Assembly: GCA_964016885.1 (NCBI GenBank)
Contig: OZ024743.1
Coordinates: forward strand, 151,714,001 to 151,778,000
Source: Eledone cirrhosa
Taxonomy: Eukaryota
Length of the DNA stretch: 64,000 nt
Direction: 5' to 3'
This document shows, piece after piece, positions 40,010-49,651 of the stretch; the first letter of the stretch is position 1; the number at the start of each line of letters is the position of its first letter. A model generated the notes under the pieces. It saw only the letters and a program-made list of their open reading frames with translations. It was not told where the DNA came from and made no database searches. The position numbers were made by a program, and so were the translations under genes.

Positions 40010-40310
40010 CTGAATCTCCATCGTAACTAGAAACGTCCATTTTCCATACTAGCATGGGTTAGACGGGTGTCCCATTAGAGATAAATTGGGTCAGGTGACC
40101 ATGTCTTGCTCAAATAGGATTATTTCTGGCTAGATGTCCTAACACCAACCACATTTACAGTGTGTGCTGAATGCTTTTTGTCGTAACTTCTAAATGAACA
40201 CTTTACAGCGTGGGCTAAGTGCTTTTTGTTGTGACACCTACACAACCAATTATTTTTTGAGGCAACATTTTGGTTAAAACAGATTGTGATGTCTATCAGT
40301 ATGTATGTGG

Positions 40311-40347
<37 letters not shown>

Positions 40348-40604
40348 TATCGTTGAATTGACAACCTACCTAAAACTGTCCTAATTATATGATACAAATC
40401 TTCCATTACAATTCTATTGTATGAATTTTTGTGAAGTTATACTTCAAATAGCAAGTTATTTTCCTAAATTCCTTCCAAATCCTTCATTATTTAAACACTT
40501 GAATTTGAAAAACAGTAAACGGGTTAAATCTCAGATAATGCTTAGTAAACCATATCTATGGACAATATGCTATAATTGAAATGCCATTAAATCATCTTTG
40601 ATCA

Positions 40605-40864
40605 TTAACCCTTTTAATTTCAAACTGCTTGAAACTGCCTCTAGTTCAAGGATACAAAACTGCTTGCTTCAACATATCTATATCTAAAACCATTCCATCT
40701 TAATGCTATGTAAGAATCATTGTTAAGCCATGCTCCAAACACCAGCTTAATAATGAGAAAGTTAATTATTTTACCAAATTCCTTCAAATTCTTGATGATT
40801 TTCAATATTATTTGAAACTCATAAGCAGCAATTTTCATTAGAAGTATGGTAACAAAAGGGTTAA
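40605..40864 (-). mobile_element. TTAA-type MITE, family 2, copy 2
   Basis: TTAA|CCCTTTT ... AAAAGGG|TTAA, homologous to 17045-17269 in inverted orientation. Confidence 0.65.
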
Positions 40865-41773
40865 TTCAAGTTAGATTTTCCTATACTGAATTAACAAAAT
40901 GATAAGAGGCCTATAATGAAAGAACACCCACCACCAATGTAATGTAAAGGATAATTATAATTATGACAATATTACTTAAAATTATCAGCAGTTAAACTTA
41001 CAAATGAATATATCTGAATAAAATTGAACATCTAAAAGGAAATGTAAAATGAAATACACAAGAAAATGAAAGAAGAGATGCAAGTAGTGACTCTAACATA
41101 TCAGTGCAGCAATGAGGAAACAAGCAAAAATGTTAAAGTATGTGAAATAAATTTTAAAGGAAGCTATATAAATAGGTGAGGATAACAAATAAAAGAAAAA
41201 GAGGATGGAAAGAAATAAGAAGGGAGAAGAGATAGAGAAAGAGAGAAAAGGGAGAAAAGAGGAAGAGACAGAGAAAAATCATGATGCAAAAACATCACAA
41301 GGTTTGTCAATAAAACAAGCACTAAATATACAATATAATATAACCTGTGACCTAGTACACAGCTTCTCCTATCACTATGTAGCAAGTGTTTGTGAAGAAC
41401 TACTTCAGAAATAAACCATTCTGAATATATGAAAAGACAGTAGTTTTGTAATGTAAAAAACCATTTAATGTTAAATAAGTGAAGATTTGTTTTTAGTTTG
41501 GTTTGTGTTATGGAGTAGATAATTTCACAAAGATTTGAATTTAGGTATAACAGTAAACAGTCCTTGTTAAACTATTTATGAAACAAATAGAAATACATTT
41601 AAAATTCAATATACCATATATTAAATGGTTTGTTTAAGTTACGGGTACCCCAAACTAATCAAGCTAGAAAGCTTCTTGTTTTCCCACCCAACTAATTTCA
41701 CCCAACAGCCCAGCCACATAACTTACTATATTTCTCTCTCCCTCCCTCCCCCTCTCTCTCTATCTATCTATCT

Positions 41774-43730
41774 TTGGCCAAGGTGTTAGCAGCGAGGCTG
41801 GCGCTTGTCATCGGGAACCTGATAGGCGAAGCGCAAACGTGTGCAATCCCGATCAGGTCCATACACGACAACCTCCACCTTATGCGATACATCATAGAGA
41901 GGGTTGGGTGTAAACCTGGCTTCGGTGGAGCTCTGATCAATTTAGATCAGCCTAAGGCATTTGATAGGAGCGACCATCAATACTTGGAAGTGGTTCTCAA
42001 GGCAGTCAGCTTTGGTCCCGTCTTCAGAGGCTGGATCGCTGCCATGCACACCAGCATCTGCTCGGCTCAAGGTGAATGGCTACCTATCGGAGCCATTCCA
42101 AATCATGCGTTCCATCCGTCAAGTGTGCCCTCTCTCCTCCATTCTGTATGTACTGACTCACGAGCCATTACTGCGGAAGTTGGAGCTGTTGCAGGGCATC
42201 CCGATTGAACCAGGACTGCAGAAAGCAGTGTCAGGCTATGCTGACGACATAACCGTAATGGTGTCGAAAACCTCGGACATCGGAGTAATCAGCAACCTAT
42301 TACAGAAATACGAAACGTTGACAGGAGCAAGACTAAACCCAAACAAGTCTGTTGGTTTGCAACTCAGCACATGGAGAGGCAAACCCATGCCTTCCGACAG
42401 TGTCGTTGGACGCTGGACAGAAGGACCGGTGAAATTGCTTGAGGTCTAGTTTGGTCCAGACCTCCAGGTGGACAAGTACTAGAACGAGGTCACGGCGAAG
42501 GTGTTTGCACTCACCCAGAAGTGGGCTGAGTGCAAACTCAGGTCGAGCAGAGGTGGCGAACACTTACATAGCGTCCGTCATCTGCTACTGCTTGACAGTC
42601 GTGCCTTGTCCCTCGTGAATACCTCACTAAAATGGAACGCCTACTCTTCAAGTTCCTCTGGAAGAAACAAGCTCCATTGGTGAGGAGATCCATCTGCTGT
42701 CAACACCCTTCTAACAGAGGACTGGGCATGCCTTGATGATGCACAAACATGCGCTGAGGCTACGCCATCTCCAGGTATTCCTGACCAGCGAACTGGTGTG
42801 ACTGTCGTTTGTGAGACAAGCTCTTCCACAACTCGTCTCACTAACAGAACTGCAGTCCTGGGTCAAGCAAAGACCGAAAATGGGCGTCTGGCACATCAAG
42901 TGCCTTTAGGCGCTCACAGCCCTCTACCAAGTGGAAACGGCAATCAGCAGAGACTCCACTTCGACATTCTATAGGGGATTAGTGGAGGATAAGTGCGACG
43001 ACGTTCTCAGGGAAACTCTAGGCATCAAGGAAGACGAACTGAGCAGTTTGTTTGAGAGGATTTTCCGTCCAGGGCCTATGGATAACTTCCAGAGGTCTCT
43101 GGCCTTGCAGTGCTACCGGGGAGCTCTACTAGTTCGAGACAAAATCTACAGGCATGGATGCCCTGGCAGAGATGCTGCCAAAAAGACCTGTCCAAGATGC
43201 GAGCAGGACATCAAAACCATTCTGCACACAATTGTTCAGTGCCCAGGGGCGACCGACCTATGGAATTATGTCGAACAGCTACTGCCACATGTGGGACGCA
43301 TCCAGTTGTCAGCTGAGTCCATCGTGAGGATCACCCTGCCGCTTTCATTTAAGAATGAAGGAGAGGCAGTCTTCCTCTGTCTGATGGCTATGGCGAAAGA
43401 GGTTAAAAGAACTGAGGGCAAGCACCTTTCTCTCCAAACAACAACTCATCCCCTTCTTTAAGTACCGCTTCAGAAGGAAGGTGAGAGTAGAGAGAGAGGT
43501 GCTACACCCCAGTAAATTCTCTGAAAGGTGGGTGAATGGGCCTTCACTGTATATAAACCTGTAGGTTGAGGAAGATAAACAGAGGGAAGACGGGAACACC
43601 TACAAAACGTGTTCCTGGTGTTGAGGGTTGTTCTATCCATGGGGTATAAAACAACCCCGCAATAGCGTTACCCCCCCCCCCTAATGGGGATTTCAATTGT
43701 TTTATTTTTATATAGTTTATTGTTATTTAT
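41774..43730 (+). mobile_element. 5'-truncated, frameshifted Tx1/L1-clade LINE (RT and C-terminal CCHC zinc knuckle)
   Basis: LAKVLAARL..QTCAIP.RSIHDNL, LDQ.KAFDR.DH.YL, RQ.CPLS, YADDIT, GARLN..KS and CPRCEQDIKTILHTIVQC are spread over several frames. Both flanks are (TC)-rich. Confidence 0.85.
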
Positions 43731-43760
43731 CTCTTTCTCTCTCTCTTTCTTTCTCCCCCT

Positions 43761-43789
<29 letters not shown>

Positions 43790-43791
<2 letters not shown>

Positions 43792-44385
43792 CCCCAGTTA
43801 CTTACATACATGAGCTGCTACCACTCATGTTACCTCCCTTTATCGGTATGTTTTCTGTGCCTTTTTTCTCTTTTTTTCCTTTCTGTTTAATTTATTTTTT
43901 CTCTATCCTTTTGTCCTTCCCCAATAATTTACGAAAGTTATTGACGCACTACGGATAGACATATTGTCTTTAATGCGTTGAAATGTCTGAGACCCCTTTC
44001 AGACAACTGAAGAGATCTGTCCCTTGTTTGTGCTTTCCTTTTATTTCTAAATACACTTTATTAAGTAACCACACAGCTCCTTAGAAGGAATAAGGAGCTG
44101 TGTGGTTACTTAATAAAGTGTATTTAGAAATAAAAGGAAAGCACAAACAAGGGACAGATCTCTTCAGTTGTCTGAAAGGGGTCTCGGACATTTCAACGCA
44201 TTAAAGACAATATGTCTATCCGTAGTGCGTCAATAACTTTCGTAAGTTATTGGGGAAGGACAAAAGGAGAGAGAAAAAATAAATTAAACAGAAAGGAAAA
44301 AAAGAGAAAAAAGGCACAGAAAACATACCGATAAAGGGAGGTAACATGAGTGGTAGCAGCTCATGTATGTAAGTAACTTGGGGGG
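43790..44385. repeat. ~600-bp near-perfect palindrome (arms ~290 bp, 7-nt loop GAAGGAA at 44084-44090)
   Basis: The arms give the same spurious peptide LLTYMSCYHSCYLPLSVCFLCLFSLFFLSV on opposite strands. A third partial copy of the centre lies at 44551-44595. Confidence 0.93.
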
Positions 44386-44846
44386 GGGGGGGGAGAAAGA
44401 GAAAGGGGGAGAAAGAAAGAGAAAGAGAGAAAGGGAATGAAAGAAAGGGAAAGAAAGAAAGGGGGAGGGAGGAAGGAAAAGAGTTAATAAAAACAACAAG
44501 GGAGATGGAGAGAAAGAACACATCACAGCAAAAAATTAATACAAATTTAGAAGGAACAAGGGGCTGTGTGATAAAGTGTATTTCGAAATAAAAGGCTTAT
44601 AAAAGCTTATAGATCTACACACACAAACAGACCCTTTCACAAGCCTAGTGAAAAACCTAGGTACATACACAATGTTTCTTGACATCCACCTATAGTCTTC
44701 AAAAACTTCATCAAAATTATTAGCAAGAGGGTATCCAGCCTCTTTTCTAGCACAGCTGTGCATGACAGGGTAGCTCCCTACTGTTATACAGCTCTAAGAA
44801 ACAGTGGTTTCTCTAAGAAAATTGTTCAGATCAACACCTTATATAT

Positions 44847-45066
44847 TTTAAGGACGATCGACTTTCGTCAAATCGGACCGAGGGAACAATGTTTCCGTTG
44901 GTCTTTCCAATTGCTAATACTATCTATCGGTCGCAACTCCTGGTAGAAGGAGCAACGTGAAATAAAGTGTCTTGCTCAAGGACATAACGCATCGCCTGGT
45001 CTAGGAATAGAACTCACAACCTTACGATTGCGAATCCAATTCTCTAACCACTCAGCCACACGCCTT
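44847..45066 (-). mobile_element. tRNA SINE with the same head and core as 32672 but a different short tail
   Basis: Head GTGGCTGAGTGGTTAGAG...GAGTTCTATTCC, core CCTTGAGCAAGACACTTTATTTCAC, and a 12-bp TSD CACCTTATATAT at 44835 and 45067. Confidence 0.8.
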
Positions 45067-45094
45067 CACCTTATATATAGCATGAAGAAATCCA

Positions 45095-45600
45095 AGCATA
45101 AACCCATTATACCTTTCTCACCACCATTCTCAAACTAATATGGGTAAACAATTCCTAGCACCTTTAGATAAACACTTCCCTGTAGGCGACATATACTGTC
45201 AGATATTTAACCACCATACAGTGAAAATCTGCTACTCTTGTGCTAAAACATGAAATCCCACATCACAAACAAATACAAGAATGCTCCACTTTCCAGATAC
45301 TCATGCAGAAGGCCAACACTAATATATGAATGAAATGTAGCTTTCCCCAACCAGAACTACCAAACAGAAACCTGGGCATATATAGGTATGTCAGAGGGCC
45401 ATTTTAAAAGCCCTTTCTTTAACTAGAAAACGATATTTAGACAAGAAGCATACCACAAAGCTCACAAGCTACGTGTAGAATCTCAAAAGAAATCTCATGG
45501 ACTTCTCCATAAAATGAAGGATAGTAGAAAAATCCGAAAACTTGTTATTTATGTACCACAGAAAAATGGAATACAACTGTTTTCTAAAAAGAACTGCTTG
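45095..45600 (+). pseudogene. Decayed Penelope-like element C-terminal region (linker and GIY-YIG remnant)
   Basis: TNMGKQFLAPLDKHFPVGDIYCQIFNHHTVKICYSC matches the Penelope-like motif N.GK.FL.L.DKHFP....HKIFN.NTVK.SYSC. Later fragments read YIGMSEG and CYLCTTEK. Confidence 0.7.
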
Positions 45601-46149
45601 AACAGTGTGTACTGGTTGCACTCTATTGTGACACCAATATTAGGGCAATTGTGGTATCCTTAGCCAAGCAGTGATGGAAGCAGGTAGTAGAGATTATGAA
45701 AACATGGCGAAAGTAGCACTGCAGGTTGGGTAACAATAGCTGCTGCTGAGAGAGGAAGAGGAAAGACTGAGAGCAAGTGTTTGGGTGATTGAGGTGGCCA
45801 CAAAGAGAGGAAAAGTAATGACTGGAAGCTCATCATGGAGTGTGGGGGAGGTTCATTACATTAGTGGATATATATAAGGCTTTGATGCCCCAATTGTGTG
45901 TGGGTGGCTATGTCTTTGTTATGTAAGCAGTAAATTACAGAAAGGGTAGCTGGAGATGATTTAGTTAGTGTGGGAGGATGGGGGATGTTTTAAGGAGGGA
46001 AAACAGGCTGAGGAGAGGTCAAGAGGAATGGGCATATTGGCTGGAGGATCTAAAAGCTGATATTCCTCTCAGCTTCTACACTATCATGCTCTACATAATG
46101 GTTTCATACTGCTCATATGATGGGGTGGATATAAACATGTATACATATT

Positions 46150-47590
46150 TGTTGTATGGACTGGGAATCGAGTTCACAACCTCATTGTTGTGTGGATTGT
46201 TGGATTTCTATTCAACTTGCACATGCTCGCACATTTGCATATGGATCACGTGACCTGGGTGGTCAGTCAGCGTTGGTGTTAAAAACTCGGTCACAGACTG
46301 CCACTGACTTACTTTATGTTATTCTGCTACTGCGAGGAGGGGCGTTTTGGTTGTTTCACAAATTACACAAATTATTTGATATAACTCGTGTTTTCTCTGC
46401 GAGTACCGAGAGGAATACAACAGAGTTTATTGGCGTCGCCGATAGGATTTAACTACATTGCCGATAGGATTTACCTACATTGCCGGGAAATTGTTTATCA
46501 CAAAAACATGGCGGAACAACAAACAGCGGAGCTAATAAAGTTGTTTAAAGAACAGATGGAACAACAAATGCAACAACACAAGAAAGATATGGACACTCTG
46601 ATAAAACTGTTTGGTGCTCGAGATTCTGAACAACAGAGTTTATTGGCGTCGCCAGTTGCTTCGACACCAACAGCATTCATCCCACGATTTGCTGCTTTTG
46701 ATTCAACAACAGAACTATGGTCAAGATTCTGCACGTTTGTGGCTGCTAACGCTGTACCCGAGCAATGCCTAGCACAAGTGTTCCTGACTAATCAGACGGC
46801 TGCTATCTACAAACAACTTGCAAATCTGGCTGCTCAACAAAATCCGCCTAAGAATATCAACAAGTTGACAATGGACGAAATTGTTGACTTCATGAAAGAA
46901 CAGTTCGACCCAAAACTTTTCATTGTGAGAGAACGTTTCAAGTTCTGGAGTGACATGCGACGGAAGCCAGGCGAAACTCTCCAGGAGCTGGCAGCACGTA
47001 TACGTCAGGATGCAGCTACCTGTGATTTTCCTTCGATCACAAATCCACAAGATGAAGCTCTAAGACAGAGATTTATATGTTCTGTCAATAATGAAGTTGT
47101 GTTGAAGGCTATTTTCAAGATCAAGGATACAGAACTAGATTTCGCCCGTGCTGACCAAGTTGCCATCGGGACCGAAGACGCAGCAAAGGTTGCTAAGGAA
47201 ACTGTTTACGGTTCCAAAACCAAGCAACTCGAAGACGGTCCAAGAGAACTCGTAAACCCTCAGAGAGACTTTGCTGTTGATGCTTCTTTTGTCGCATCAA
47301 TTTCGGTGGGGAGGTGTTGTATGGACTGGGAATCGAGCTCACAACCTCATTGTTGTGTGGACTGTTGGATTTCTATTCAACTTGCACGTGCTCGCACATT
47401 TGCATATGGATCACGTGACCTGGGCGGTCAGTCAGTGTTGGTGTTAAAAACTCGGTCACAGACTGCCACTGACTTACTTTATGTTATTCTGCTACTGCGA
47501 GGAGGGGCGTTTTGGTTGTTTCACAAATTACACAAATTATTTGATATAACTCGTTGTGTTTTCTCTGCGAGTACCGAGAGGAATACAACA
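46150..47590 (+). mobile_element. Gag-only Ty3/gypsy (Mag-like) LTR retrotransposon, 1441 bp
   Basis: LTRs at 46150-46422 and 47315-47590 (TGTTGTA...TACAACA) differ by about 5 transitions and one 3-bp indel. 5-bp TSD ATATT, PBS at 46431-46448, PPT GGTGGGGAGG before the 3' LTR, and no pol motifs. Confidence 0.93.
46431..46448 (+). promoter_or_regulatory. Primer binding site, probably for tRNA-Ser
   Basis: The complement of TGGCGTCGCCGATAGGAT reads AT-CCTAT-CGGCGAC-G-CCA: T-stem, acceptor strand, G discriminator and CCA. Confidence 0.75.
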
Positions 47591-47701
47591 ATATTAAAGT
47601 TTGAAGAGGATTTTATTCATAATAACAGTTTTATATTTCTACTACAACACTTTATAACACTAGTAATTTCAACTCTTCTTGAAATGTATTCCCTTGACTA
47701 G
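46508..47701 (+). CDS. Mag-like Gag ORF, open through the 3' LTR into flanking DNA
   Basis: MAEQQTAELIKLFKEQ coiled coil, F.AFD...ELW..F.TF..AN.V, and ERFKFWSDMRRKPGETLQELAARIRQDAATCDF..ALRQRFICSVNNE (capsid region). Gag similarity ends at about 47225. Confidence 0.8.
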   Translation: MAEQQTAELIKLFKEQMEQQMQQHKKDMDTLIKLFGARDSEQQSLLASPVASTPTAFIPRFAAFDSTTELWSRFCTFVAANAVPEQCLAQVFLTNQTAAIYKQLANLAAQQNPPKNINKLTMDEIVDFMKEQFDPKLFIVRERFKFWSDMRRKPGETLQELAARIRQDAATCDFPSITNPQDEALRQRFICSVNNEVVLKAIFKIKDTELDFARADQVAIGTEDAAKVAKETVYGSKTKQLEDGPRELVNPQRDFAVDASFVASISVGRCCMDWESSSQPHCCVDCWISIQLARARTFAYGSRDLGGQSVLVLKTRSQTATDLLYVILLLRGGAFWLFHKLHKLFDITRCVFSASTERNTTILKFEEDFIHNNSFIFLLQHFITLVISTLLEMYSLD

Positions 47702-47745
47702 ACCAAGTACTTCTAAGGATTCTTTTACAAACAGGTTTGATCCTG

Positions 47746-47887
47746 CTATTCTAGATCACCATCAACAGAAGTGTTTCTCAAACCCGGAGATACACCATTC
47801 CCTTTCCCATCATTCTCACTTGTTTCAAGTGCATCATATTCAAATTTAATTTCGTCGGCATGAACCAAAGTTCCAATTTCCTTCTTT
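47746..47887 (-). CDS. Candidate terminal coding exon of an unidentified host gene
   Basis: Acceptor CTGATCTTTTCAG|A, then an open frame KKEIGTLVHADEIKFEYDALETSENDGKGNGVSPGLRNTSVDGDLE* and a minus-strand AATAAA at 47612-47617. No homolog was recognised and no upstream exon was found. Confidence 0.4.
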
Positions 47888-48810
47888 CTGAAAAGATCAG
47901 TGTTGTTTCTAGCTTAAATCACAAAATGTGCAATTTCCAAATCTATATATAGTCATTCCTAATTACTAAATATTTGTTGTTATATTTTAGTTCAAGTCTC
48001 TAAACTGAATCCTTACTATAAGTGTTTATATTTGTGTTTATATTTTCATTCTGAAAGAATTGTGAACAATTTGAAATGTTATTTATACAACTGTGAATAA
48101 ATGTTTTTAAAATAACATTTTAAAAAAGTATTTTATTTAAAACATATACATAATTTCCTATTTCTAATATATTTTTTATTTATGTTTGTATGCTGTGTTT
48201 AACATTAACTCAAGATTATATTGCTGAGGTTTGCTTTAAATTAACTTCAATATAGTCATGACCATCCTATATTTTTCTCAGGAATATAATTCCATGTACT
48301 GTATTATCCATCATGTCCTTTTCTAAAATAGTAGAATGAATTTGAGGGGATTTGGCTTCATTTTTGGCTTCATTCGGTTATATTACTAGAATGTTAATGT
48401 CAACCCTACCAGCAATCGCTTTATTAAAAAGCCATGGATGAATAGATGTGTAGGTGGGTAGCTGGGTGGCTGAAAGGACAGGTAGATAGTTAAGTAAATA
48501 GATAGAATGATAAATGTTTAAGCAGAGAGACCAGTGTTTATAAGACCTAGAGACAAACAAGTGGAGAAAATAGTAATTTAATGGAAGAAACTATTAGGTA
48601 GATAAGTAGACACAACATATATACAGGTGAATAAATTGATAATAGAAAAAGAAGAAAGAAAGTTATTGATAGATAGTTAGATAAACAGGGAGTTAGTTAG
48701 ACATATATATCAGGGTCGACGCATGTAAGTGTGCCAGGACATCTTCGAGCATCTTGAAACAAAACCAGACTTGCTAGGGACAGTCATCATGGATCTTTGA
48801 GTACGACCCG

Positions 48811-48982
48811 GAGGGACACGTTTTGAAGATGTGGACGACATGCAAGCGTGGTAGAAAAGGATGGAAAAGTGCATTAGACTCCAGGGGGATTACTTTGAAG
48901 GAGAAAATTCTTAGTGTGAAGTTTGGGTTTCAAATAAATCTTTTGTAACATCAGTCCTGGAACTTTTCTGACCCACCTCGTA
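48811..48982 (+). mobile_element. Mariner transposon 3'-end remnant
   Basis: W*KRMEKCIRLQGDYFEG is a typical mariner C-terminus, followed by a right TIR ...GAACTTTTCTGACCCACCTCG|TA. Confidence 0.7.
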
Positions 48983-49562
48983 TATATATATATAGAGAGA
49001 GAGATGTGAGTAAGTAGCTAGAGAGATAGATAACAAAGAATATGCATAAATTACAGTAAACAAAATATCATTAGTAAACTTTCATAAACTTTGGCACTTC
49101 TGAGAAGAAGGTTGACTTAAATCTGTTCTACAATCTGCATGATAAACAAATCTCAAATGTCTTTTGACCTTCCAGGGAGGGGTTGTCAGGGAAACTGATA
49201 TTTTATCAAAATAGATTTATGGTAAACTACTGATTAATTCATCAATAGTGGAAATTTGAATTGCTTGCGAAATCTTCTATTGAGAACAAAATATTTACAG
49301 AGATTATTTATAACATATGCCATAGAGAAATGAAAACAATGGAAATGGGGAATAGAACATTGTCTGTCAGTTTATATTTTCTTATATTTCAGGTTATTAC
49401 AATACACTAATGAATTCATGTTTGGCATCATGTCACTTCTGTATTTCAAGATACTTGACAAATGACAACTTTAACATTTATGAAACCATTTTATATGTGT
49501 ATATATATGTGTGTGTGGTTGTGGGGCGTGTATACATACATATATATATATATATATATATG

Positions 49563-49634
<72 letters not shown>

Positions 49635-49651
49635 TATATACAAATATATAC

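Noticed and set aside
45600-46135. Purine-rich segment resembling a minus-strand LINE fragment (similar weak cases at 9530-9980, 11400-11900, 22570-22740 and 24400-24790)
   Set aside because: Too decayed to assign a family or boundaries by eye.
46156-46452. 98-aa ORF repeated within the 46388 ORF
   Set aside because: It is the LTR sequence translated twice, not a duplicated gene.
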